From an uncultured Eubacteriales bacterium (lineage in GTDB: Bacteria; Bacillota; Clostridia; Oscillospirales; Acutalibacteraceae), in assembly GCA_964604065.1 (NCBI GenBank), contig CAZRXQ010000002.1, forward strand, positions 1-29,123: a DNA stretch of 29,123 nt, read 5' to 3'. A program made the translations under genes and the position numbers. Positions 8,347-16,331 of this stretch are shown here, one piece after another (the first letter of the stretch is position 1; every line of letters starts with the position of its first letter). Under the pieces are notes generated by a model. The model was not told where the DNA came from and did not search any database. It saw only the letters and a program-made list of their open reading frames with translations.

Positions 8347-9514
8347 GCAGAAAAAGCAAAAAAGATTACAGGAGGCAGTGCTTATTACAGCACTGCTGCT
8401 CTTGCTTGTTGCCGTCGTTTTCGGCGTTTCCTTAGGTGTTAAGGCGCTTAAGAGCTTAGGAGAAAGCAATAAGAATAAAAATACCGAATCCACGGCTTTT
8501 GAAACAGAAAAGGAAACCGAGACCGAAACGACCTTAATAACGACAACCGAGCCTTTAGTGCCGAAGGGCGATATTTCCGACACCGTTTCGGGCGGTCACT
8601 TCAACAACAGCGTGCCGGCGTATTTTTCGGGTGCGGTGCTTGTGTGCGGAGACTATGCTCTGGAGCTTGTAAGCAGCTCTCCCTCGGAGCACTATGCACA
8701 GGTTGTGTCCGATTTTGCGAAAAAATATCCGAACGTAAACGTAAGCTGTACCATTATTCCGAAAAGCTCCGCGTTTTATATACCGCAAAGCGTTGGAGAA
8801 AGCGTGGGGGAAAGTATTCGCGAAAACATAGCAAGTCAGTTTCTTATTCAAAAAAGGTTTGTTGACGGAACGTACGGATATATGAGCCCGTCGGTTAATA
8901 AAATCGACGCCTTCGGGGAGCTTACGAAGCACAGCGGAGAATATACGTATTACAGAACGGATCACCACTGGAATTCTCTCGGGGCGTATTACGCATCGGT
9001 TGCATATTGCAATCAAAACAACATAACGCCGCGCTCGATTTACGATTACGAAACGGTGCGTGCGGGTGAATATGTCGGCTCTATGCAGACCTTTTGCAAG
9101 GATTATCAGGCGGTGCTTGACGAAAATCCCGATGTTACCATAGTCCGCCTGCCGAAATCCGAGGTGAGTGTAACCGTTACGGAGGACGGAGTCGAGCGCG
9201 AAGGAAAGCTTATTGACACCTCCGCGCCGCAGTATTGGACAGCGTTTTTGGGCGGTGATCATCCGCTTACGAAAATCGTGACGAATAATACAACGGGCAA
9301 AAAGCTTCTCATTTTCAAGGAGTCGTTCGGTAATGCGTTTGCCGTGTATATGGCTGATTATTATGATGAAATATATGTTGTCGATGTTCGCGAGGATGTG
9401 GAGAGCACCTATTCGCTTATTCAAAATAACGGCATTACGGATGTTCTTTTCATAAACAATATTTTCGCGGTAACGTCTCTTATTGACGATATAGAAGAAA
9501 AGGCGAATTCTTAA
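8333..9514 (+). CDS. Membrane-anchored DHHW-family (AlgX/AlgJ/PatB-like SGNH) protein
   Basis: N-terminal TM helix, Thr/Glu linker, YYRTDHHWNSLGAY, LIFKESFGN; ATG 8333 overlaps the upstream gene end. Confidence 0.8.
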   Translation: MLTSKQKKQKRLQEAVLITALLLLLVAVVFGVSLGVKALKSLGESNKNKNTESTAFETEKETETETTLITTTEPLVPKGDISDTVSGGHFNNSVPAYFSGAVLVCGDYALELVSSSPSEHYAQVVSDFAKKYPNVNVSCTIIPKSSAFYIPQSVGESVGESIRENIASQFLIQKRFVDGTYGYMSPSVNKIDAFGELTKHSGEYTYYRTDHHWNSLGAYYASVAYCNQNNITPRSIYDYETVRAGEYVGSMQTFCKDYQAVLDENPDVTIVRLPKSEVSVTVTEDGVEREGKLIDTSAPQYWTAFLGGDHPLTKIVTNNTTGKKLLIFKESFGNAFAVYMADYYDEIYVVDVREDVESTYSLIQNNGITDVLFINNIFAVTSLIDDIEEKANS

Positions 9515-9585
9515 AAGCCCTACGGCTTTTGCGAGCTTGCGCGAAAGCAGAGAAAGGCTTTAAATGCTTTATAAAAAATAATTTG

Positions 9586-9620
9586 TTCGGACGGCTCTTT
9601 TTGTCGCCCGAAATTTTTTA
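9586..9620 (+). terminator. Probable intrinsic terminator
   Basis: ttcggacggc/gtcgcccgaa stem followed by a-tttttt; a second hairpin lies at 9514-9561. Confidence 0.55.
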
Positions 9621-9650
9621 TTAAGAATTATCAAACTTTTGTATTTTTTA

Positions 9651-9679
9651 TTGACTGTTAATTAAATCGGTGATATCAT
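9651..9679 (+). promoter_or_regulatory. Sigma-A promoter with extended -10 for the SPFH operon
   Basis: TTGACT-17-TATCAT preceded by TGn. Confidence 0.7.
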
Positions 9680-9760
9680 AAAAATCGGAATAAAGCAATC
9701 GGTATGAAAAGCTTTCAGTGCTTTTTGTAACGGTGCTTATATGTGAAGGAGTTGTTATTT

Positions 9761-11056
9761 ATGGGACTTATTAAAGCGGGCATCGGTTCGGTAGGCGGTG
9801 TTCTTGCCGATCAGTGGAAGGAATTTTTCTATTGCGATTCTCTTTCAAAGGATGTTCTTGTTAAAAAGGGACAGAAGCGCGTAAGCGGCAGATCGTCGAA
9901 CACAAAAGCGAGCGATAATATTATTACGAGCGGTTCGGGCATTGCCGTTGCAGACGGTCAGTGTATGATAATCGTCGAGCAGGGCAAGGTTGTCGAGGTT
10001 TGCGCCGAGCCCGGTGAATTCACATACGACGCTTCTACCGAGCCTTCGATTTTTTCGGGCAGTCTCGGCTCGGGAATTAAAGCTACCTTTAAAACAATAG
10101 GCAAGCGCTTTACCTACGGCGGCGACACCGCAAAGGATCAAAGAGTTTACTACTTTAATACGAAAGAGCTTATCGACAATAAGTTCGGAACGCCCAATCC
10201 CGTTCCGTTCAGAGTTGTGGATTCGAAAATAGGGCTTGATATAGATGTTTCCGTGCGTTGCTCGGGTATTTACTCTTACAAAATAGCAGATCCGCTTCTT
10301 TTCTACACGAATGTTTGCGGCAATGTTGCCGAGGAATATTTGCGCTCGGAGCTTGAGGGTCAGCTTAAAGCGGAGTTTATAAGCGCGCTTCAGCCGGCGT
10401 TCGGTCGTCTTTCGGAGCTTGAAATGCGTCCGAATCAGATTGTAACTCACAATACCGAGCTTGAAGAAGCGATGAACACAGCGCTTTCTTCAAAGTGGGG
10501 CGAAACACGCGGCTTGAAGGTCGTGAGCATTGCCTTGGGCTCGGTTACACTTCCCGAGGACGATGCCGAGCTTATTAAGCAGGCACAGCGTACAGCGATT
10601 ATGCGCGACCCGACAATGGCGGCGGCAACGCTTGTGGGCGCTCAGGCAGACGCTATGAAGGCGGCGGCTTCAAACGAGGGCGGCGCTATGAACGGCTTTG
10701 TAGGTATGGGTATGGCAATGAATAACGGCGGCGTAGGCAATGTGCAAAATCTCTTTACCATGGGAAGCGGGAAAACCGAGTCTGTCGAAAACACTTGGAA
10801 ATGCCCCGCCTGCGGTAAGGAGGCAAGCGGTAAATTCTGCCCCGAATGCGGAGCGAAAAAGCCCGAGGCAGGCTGGAAGTGCTCTTGCGGCGCTGTGAAC
10901 AACGGCAAATTCTGCAGTGAATGCGGTACCAAAAAGCCCGACGGCGAGCACACATACCGTTGTGACAAATGCGGTTGGACTCCCGAAGACCCGAAGAATC
11001 CCCCTAAATTCTGCCCCGAATGCGGAGACAGATTCGATGACGGCGACAAGGTGTGA
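9761..11056 (+). CDS. SPFH-domain protein with C-terminal repeated zinc ribbons (YdjI-like)
   Basis: SPFH-like core (DQRVYYFNTKE, NKFGTPNPVPFR), Ala/Gly/Met-rich linker, CxxC pairs CPAC/CPEC/CSEC/CDKC/CPEC; ATG 9761 after AAGGAG. Confidence 0.85.
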   Translation: MGLIKAGIGSVGGVLADQWKEFFYCDSLSKDVLVKKGQKRVSGRSSNTKASDNIITSGSGIAVADGQCMIIVEQGKVVEVCAEPGEFTYDASTEPSIFSGSLGSGIKATFKTIGKRFTYGGDTAKDQRVYYFNTKELIDNKFGTPNPVPFRVVDSKIGLDIDVSVRCSGIYSYKIADPLLFYTNVCGNVAEEYLRSELEGQLKAEFISALQPAFGRLSELEMRPNQIVTHNTELEEAMNTALSSKWGETRGLKVVSIALGSVTLPEDDAELIKQAQRTAIMRDPTMAAATLVGAQADAMKAAASNEGGAMNGFVGMGMAMNNGGVGNVQNLFTMGSGKTESVENTWKCPACGKEASGKFCPECGAKKPEAGWKCSCGAVNNGKFCSECGTKKPDGEHTYRCDKCGWTPEDPKNPPKFCPECGDRFDDGDKV

Positions 11057-11064
11057 TTTAAGGT

Positions 11065-12162
11065 ATGTCGGAGATTATACAGGAATATAAATGCCCGTGC
11101 TGCGGCGGCGCTATTACATTTGACAGCACGCTTCAAAAGCTTAAATGCCCGTATTGCGATACGGAATTCGACGTTGAAACTCTTAAAGAGGTTGACGATA
11201 TTTTGAATTCCGAAGCGACGGACGACTTGAATTGGGAAAATACTGCGGGAAGCGAGTGGGAGGAAGGCGAGTGCGAAAACCTTCGCTCTTACATATGTAA
11301 CTCCTGCGGCGGCGAGATTATAGGCGACGAGAACACCGCTGCCACCTCGTGCCCGTATTGCGGCAACCCGGTCGTTGTTATGGGAAAGCTTACGGGCGAA
11401 TTAAAGCCCGACCTTGTAATACCCTTTAAGCTCTCGAAGGAGGACGCGAAAAAGGGTCTTACAAAGTATATTTCGGGAAAGCGGCTTTTGCCGAAGGTTT
11501 TTAAGGACAAAAACCATATTGACGAAATTAAGGGAATATATGTCCCGTTCTGGCTTTTCGATACGGACGTTTCGGCACAGCTTCGCTACAAGGCTACAAA
11601 AACGCGCTCGTGGAGCGACAGCAATTTTCACTATACGGAAACAAGTCATTATCTTGTTTACCGCGGCGGCAGAATGAGCTTTGAGCACATTCCCGTTGAC
11701 GGCTCAAAGAGAATGGCAGATGACCTTATGGAATCTATTGAGCCGTTTAATTTTGCGGAGGCGGTGGATTTCAGAACGGCGTATCTCGCAGGTTATTTTG
11801 CCGATAAATATGACGTTACGGCAAGTGAGAGCGAGGAACGCGCAAACACCCGCGTTAAAAAGTCGGTAGAAAGCGAGTTCGCGAAAACCGTTAACGGATA
11901 CGCTTCCGTTGTGCCCGAAAACGGCAATATTAGCCTTACGGGCGGCAAGGCGAAATACGCGCTGTACCCCGTGTGGATTCTTAATACCACCTGGAACGGA
12001 AACAAATATACATTCGCCATGAACGGTCAAACCGGAAAATTCGTAGGCGATTTGCCCGTTGACAAAAGTGCCGCTTTAAAGTGGTTTTTGGGTCTTACTG
12101 CGGGACTCAGTGTCGCGGCTTACGGCGGAATGTGGATTTTGAGCCTTTTAGGGCTGATGTAA
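11065..12162 (+). CDS. Zn-ribbon membrane protein (YdjG-like)
   Basis: CPCCGG, CPYCD, CNSCGG, CPYCG pairs; YVPFWLF, MNGQTGK; C-terminal TM helix. Confidence 0.8.
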   Translation: MSEIIQEYKCPCCGGAITFDSTLQKLKCPYCDTEFDVETLKEVDDILNSEATDDLNWENTAGSEWEEGECENLRSYICNSCGGEIIGDENTAATSCPYCGNPVVVMGKLTGELKPDLVIPFKLSKEDAKKGLTKYISGKRLLPKVFKDKNHIDEIKGIYVPFWLFDTDVSAQLRYKATKTRSWSDSNFHYTETSHYLVYRGGRMSFEHIPVDGSKRMADDLMESIEPFNFAEAVDFRTAYLAGYFADKYDVTASESEERANTRVKKSVESEFAKTVNGYASVVPENGNISLTGGKAKYALYPVWILNTTWNGNKYTFAMNGQTGKFVGDLPVDKSAALKWFLGLTAGLSVAAYGGMWILSLLGLM

Positions 12163-12174
12163 GGGGCGTGTGTT

Positions 12175-13074
12175 ATGTTAAAGAGAATTTTTACAGCTTT
12201 TGTCGCACTTCTTTTTGCGGTGCTTCTTGCGGTTCCCGTATTCGCTTCTTACGACGGCTTTACGGAAAACAATCCGCGACTTAACGATTCAGCCGACCTT
12301 TTAACAGAAAGCGAGGAAGAGGCTTTATTGTCGCGGCTTGACGAAATAAGTCACAGCTTCGGCTTTGATATAGTGATTTACACAACGCCCGACCTCGGTG
12401 AATACACGGACGTTGTTGCCTTTTCGGACGATTATTACGACTACGGCGAATTCGGCTACGGCGCGGACCGCGACGGCGTGCTTTTCGTTATAAGTATGGC
12501 AGAGCGCGACTGGTATATTTCCACCTGCGGCTACGGAATTACGCTTTTTCCCGATGATTACATTCAGTACATAGGAAGCGTTATCGTGTCCGACCTTTCC
12601 GCGGGTAATTATGCCGAGGCGTTCAATAAGTTCGTCGATATTTGCTACGGCGATTTGTCGAATCCCTCTCAAAGCGGCGACGGCTATTATTACGATGAGC
12701 CCGGTATTGATTATTTTTACGGCGAGGACGGCGCTTACAACAATTATTACGGTACGCAAAAAAAATCCGACCTTTTTTCCGTAAAGTACATTTTCATCGC
12801 TTTGGTGATAGGTGCGGTAGCTTCACTTATTATCGTTCTATTAATGAGAGGCAAGCTTAAAACGGTACGCTTTCAAAACAGCGCAAACAGCTACATTAAA
12901 AGCGGCAGTACCGTTTTAACGGATAAGCGCGATATTTACCTTTACAGAAATGTATCGAAAACGCCTATTCCGAAGGATAACAATTCCGGCTCGCACCATT
13001 CCGGCGGCTCGGGAAGCTCCGTTCACACCTCCTCGTCCGGCGTTTCGCACGGCGGAGGCGGCGGAAAGTTTTAA
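12175..13074 (+). CDS. TPM-domain membrane protein with Gly/Ser-rich tail (YdjH-like)
   Basis: Signal peptide, RLNDSADLL, DGVLFVISMAER, TM helix, tail SSSGVSHGGGGGKF. Confidence 0.85.
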   Translation: MLKRIFTAFVALLFAVLLAVPVFASYDGFTENNPRLNDSADLLTESEEEALLSRLDEISHSFGFDIVIYTTPDLGEYTDVVAFSDDYYDYGEFGYGADRDGVLFVISMAERDWYISTCGYGITLFPDDYIQYIGSVIVSDLSAGNYAEAFNKFVDICYGDLSNPSQSGDGYYYDEPGIDYFYGEDGAYNNYYGTQKKSDLFSVKYIFIALVIGAVASLIIVLLMRGKLKTVRFQNSANSYIKSGSTVLTDKRDIYLYRNVSKTPIPKDNNSGSHHSGGSGSSVHTSSSGVSHGGGGGKF

Positions 13075-13143
13075 AAAATTTAAGCTGAATTAATAAAGCT
13101 TAAAGCCCTCGGACGGGAGATAATAAGAATATTCAATTAAAAA

Positions 13144-13183
13144 AATGTGCTGTAAAAAAACAAGCGTTTTTTTACAGCACATT
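13144..13183. terminator. Bidirectional terminator between convergent operons
   Basis: Perfect 17-bp inverted repeat aatgtgctgtaaaaaaa/tttttttacagcacatt, 6-nt loop. Confidence 0.8.
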
Positions 13184-13189
13184 ATTCTA

Positions 13190-14266
13190 TTAAATCATAG
13201 TGCGCTTGGGGAGTTTTATTATGAATTCCGAGCCCACGCCTTCTTTGCTTTTAACGTCAATAGAGCCTTCGGAGAGTTCTGTTATTTTCTTTACAAGCGA
13301 AAGACCCAAGCCGTTGCCTTCGGAGGAGTGGGAGGTGTCGCCCTGGTAAAATTTGTCGAAAATATGGCGGCGTGTGTGCTCGCTCATACCGCAACCCGTA
13401 TCCTTAAGCGAGACCTCTATAAAGTCAAAGCCGGAGCTTTCCTTAAGCGTTATTTCTCCGCCCTCGGGCGTGAACTTTACGGCGTTTGAAAAGAGGTTCA
13501 TCCATATGGTGTAAATAAGCTCGGGGTCTGCGTAAATAAAGGCGCGCTCTTCTATGTTTACAGAAAGCTTAATGTTTTTCTTTTCGAGGATTTCGTCGTA
13601 AAAGAAAATACATTCGGCAAGCTGTTCGCAAAGGTCGTATTCCTTCGGTGCGGGGGAGAGGCTGTTGTTTTCGAGCTTATTAAGCTTTAGCATATTTGTA
13701 ATAAGGCTGTTCATACGGTTTAAGGCGTACATTATATTATCCACGCATTCCGCACGGCGCGCATCGTCTGTGTCGTCCTCTGCAAGATACTGCGCGTTGT
13801 TGCCTATTATGGTAAGCGGCGTTTTCATCTCGTGCGAAACATTCGAGAAAAAGTCGAATTTTAAGGTTTCTATGGAGGAAAGCTCCTCTGCCATTTTGTT
13901 AAAGTCGAGAATCATCAAATCGAGATAATTGTACTTTTTGGGGGAGGAGTGAATCGTTTCGAGCCTTATTGAAAAGTCGCCGTCCGCAACCTTTTTTGCC
14001 GCTTCGGCAAGGCGCATAAGCGGCTCATCGTACGCTTTTTTTACTATGTAACGCGAGGTGACATTGATTATTGCGGCAGACACAAACCAATAAATTAAAA
14101 TGAGTACAAGCTGAACATAGCCGCTTACACCCATTTTCGAGCACAACAGGGAAAGCCCGGTGTGAAGTCCGCCTACGACGAACAGCACAAGAAGTGCACC
14201 TCTGAAAAAGTGCGTAAAAAGAAGGGAGTTGCGCTTGTATTGCTTTTTGGGGCTTGTTTTTTTCAT
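13190..14266 (-). CDS. Sensor histidine kinase (2 TM, HAMP, HisKA, HATPase)
   Basis: H-box SHEMKTPL, N-box NLFSNAVKFT, DTGCGM, IFDKFYQ, GNGLGL. Confidence 0.95.
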   Translation of the reverse strand: MKKTSPKKQYKRNSLLFTHFFRGALLVLFVVGGLHTGLSLLCSKMGVSGYVQLVLILIYWFVSAAIINVTSRYIVKKAYDEPLMRLAEAAKKVADGDFSIRLETIHSSPKKYNYLDLMILDFNKMAEELSSIETLKFDFFSNVSHEMKTPLTIIGNNAQYLAEDDTDDARRAECVDNIMYALNRMNSLITNMLKLNKLENNSLSPAPKEYDLCEQLAECIFFYDEILEKKNIKLSVNIEERAFIYADPELIYTIWMNLFSNAVKFTPEGGEITLKESSGFDFIEVSLKDTGCGMSEHTRRHIFDKFYQGDTSHSSEGNGLGLSLVKKITELSEGSIDVKSKEGVGSEFIIKLPKRTMI

Positions 14267-14934
14267 TTTAAAACCGCCTTATAGCCCAAGCCGTGCACGG
14301 TGACTATTTCAAAATCCTCACAGGAGGCAAATTTACTTCTGAGCTTTGTGATGTAAACGTCTACCGAGCGAAGCGTGGTGCTGTTGTCAACTCCCCAGAA
14401 TTCATCAAGAAGCTTTGCTCTTGAAAATGTCATTTTGGGATACGACAGAAGCTTAAACAAAATATTGAATTCTCTTACGGTAATGGGAATGTTTTCGCCG
14501 TTCAAGGTTACGGAAAGCTCGTCCGCGTCAAGCGTAAGCGTTTTTAAAGCAATCTTTCTGCTTGACGAAATATTGGAACGCCTTAAAAGCGCTTTTACGC
14601 GCAAAAGGAGCTCTTCGAAATCGAACGGCTTTACCATAAAGTCGTCAATGCCGACTCTGAAGCCCTTTTCCTTTGCCGAAAAATCATCACGCGCCGTTAC
14701 GAACATAATCGGAATGGTGCTGTTTGTTTTTCTTATGTTTTCGGCAAACTCAAAGCCGTCCGTGCCGGGCATCATAATGTCCGAAATTATAAGGTCGTAT
14801 ATTGTGCCGTTGGAGGCATTGTATGCTTCCGCGGGGCAAGAGCACCCTATGGCATTGTAACCGTTCTTTGAAAGAAACGAGCAGAGAACGGAATTAAGCT
14901 TGGGGTCATCTTCAACAACAAGTATGTTTATCAT
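14263..14934 (-). CDS. OmpR-family response regulator
   Basis: VEDD, DIMMP phospho-Asp, KPF, winged-helix tail VDVYITKLR...TVHGLGYK; 4-bp overlap with the kinase. Confidence 0.95.
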   Translation of the reverse strand: MINILVVEDDPKLNSVLCSFLSKNGYNAIGCSCPAEAYNASNGTIYDLIISDIMMPGTDGFEFAENIRKTNSTIPIMFVTARDDFSAKEKGFRVGIDDFMVKPFDFEELLLRVKALLRRSNISSSRKIALKTLTLDADELSVTLNGENIPITVREFNILFKLLSYPKMTFSRAKLLDEFWGVDNSTTLRSVDVYITKLRSKFASCEDFEIVTVHGLGYKAVLK

Positions 14935-14952
14935 ATAACTTCACCTTCGGCT

Positions 14953-14981
14953 ATTATCGCATAAATGTTAAAACTTTTCAA
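14953..14981 (-). promoter_or_regulatory. Promoter of the two-component operon
   Basis: Minus strand TTGAAA-17-GATAAT with TGn, then a short leader with AAGGTGA. Confidence 0.55.
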
Positions 14982-14995
14982 GTGCCTTCTCTCTT

Positions 14996-15139
14996 TTAAC
15001 ATTTCTTTAACACGGAAAAAGCAATAAATTAACATATTCTTTGTAAAAACAATACAAAATGTCTTGACAATGCCGAAAACAAGTGGTGAAAACAGAGGTT
15101 TTAACATTACTTTAACAATCACCAAACAAAAATTAAACA
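14996..15139 (+). promoter_or_regulatory. Phased TTAACA direct repeats (OmpR/PhoP-type boxes)
   Basis: TTAACA at 14996, 15007, 15029, 15101, 15112; degenerate copies at 15123 and 15134; 11-bp periodicity within each cluster. Confidence 0.55.
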
Positions 15140-15164
15140 CCGAAAATTTATACTTACCGCTATA

Positions 15165-16268
15165 ATGGCACAGGACGGTGTAAGGGCTACGGAAAACGAA
15201 AAAATACAGTCAATGAAGGACTTGTTTGACGAGGCAGAGGAACGCGAGAAAAAAGAAAAAGCTGCTCGCGAGGATAAAAAAGATAATAAAAAATCAAAGG
15301 CGCCCACAGAAGAAAAGGTGAGCGACAAGGCGTATAAGCGCGTTATGGTTGTTTTAATTCCCGTTATTGTAATTCTTGCAATCGTAATGGTATTTATGGC
15401 GGCAAACCTTGTTAAGATGCTGAAAAAGCCCGCGAATAATAACGAGACAACGGGCTCGTATATTTACGGAACGGTGACGTATGCTCCGGAAAGCACGGCG
15501 TTTTATTTTAACGGTTCGGACTTTACGGAAAGCGTATTACCCGACACAACTTCAGGATATGTACCGAATACGGAAAACACAAAAGCACCTGTAGCAAACA
15601 CGACGGCGCCTTATACGGTAACCGAAGGCTCGGGCGACGACCCGCTTTCGTGGAGTAAGGCGAAAAAGCTTTCGTATCTTTCGGACGCGGTTAACAAAAC
15701 AAAAAAGCTCGGCGGCACATTTTCCGTTCACCACACCGAAAGCTTTACTGCGAATATCACGGAGTGCACGGGCGGCACAATAGGCAAGGCTGTTGCGAAT
15801 TCTCTTATGGGAATGGTTGTTAAGCCCGTTGACGAAACGCTTAATTTTTCCTCCGGTAAGGCTGTAAATTCCGAGGGCGAGCAAATAGAAATTCTTCTTC
15901 CGAAAAAAGGTGCGTTTTCAATAGATGAAGCGGGCGTTACAAAAGCCGTTGCATATAAAAGCGGAAGCGACACCGTAATAGAGGTAACCTTAAAAGAAGA
16001 GACAGTCGGTGTGTATGATGTTCCGAAATACAACGCCGGTGCGGTAGGCTACCTTGATGTGGAAAACTTCGACCTTATGGGAATAGAGATTACGGATGCT
16101 TCTATAGATTACAAGGGCACGGTGATTTCCGTTAAAATCGGAAGCGACGGCTACGTTAAAAGCGCGGAGTACACAATACCACTTCACGTCAGCGGCAAGG
16201 GCGCAAAGGGAAGCCTTTCGGGATATGCCGTGTTTGACGGCGAACAGCGCGAGACGTGGGAATTTTAA
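15165..16268 (+). CDS. Hypothetical single-pass membrane protein with Thr-rich linker and beta-rich extracellular domain
   Basis: 367-aa ORF; charged N-terminus, TM RVMVVLIPVIVILAIVMVFMAA. Start uncertain: TATAAT overlaps ATG 15165, so ATG 15213 is an alternative. Confidence 0.7.
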   Translation: MAQDGVRATENEKIQSMKDLFDEAEEREKKEKAAREDKKDNKKSKAPTEEKVSDKAYKRVMVVLIPVIVILAIVMVFMAANLVKMLKKPANNNETTGSYIYGTVTYAPESTAFYFNGSDFTESVLPDTTSGYVPNTENTKAPVANTTAPYTVTEGSGDDPLSWSKAKKLSYLSDAVNKTKKLGGTFSVHHTESFTANITECTGGTIGKAVANSLMGMVVKPVDETLNFSSGKAVNSEGEQIEILLPKKGAFSIDEAGVTKAVAYKSGSDTVIEVTLKEETVGVYDVPKYNAGAVGYLDVENFDLMGIEITDASIDYKGTVISVKIGSDGYVKSAEYTIPLHVSGKGAKGSLSGYAVFDGEQRETWEF

Positions 16269-16331
16269 AACAAAGGTACTAAAGGCAGTTGCCTTAAAAA
16301 TATTAATTAATTTGAAAAGGTGGTACACAAT

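Noticed and set aside
7825-9424. Long antisense ORFs (252 and 289 aa) over the oxidoreductase and DHHW genes
   Set aside because: No motifs or RBS; fully explained by the codon bias of the sense genes
10642-11136. 164-aa minus-strand ORF with repeated PHSGQN/PHSLQN
   Set aside because: Mirror image of the repeated Zn-ribbon codons of the SPFH gene
13145-13489. 114-aa plus-strand ORF antisense to the kinase
   Set aside because: Starts inside the terminator palindrome, has no RBS, and is a typical antisense shadow
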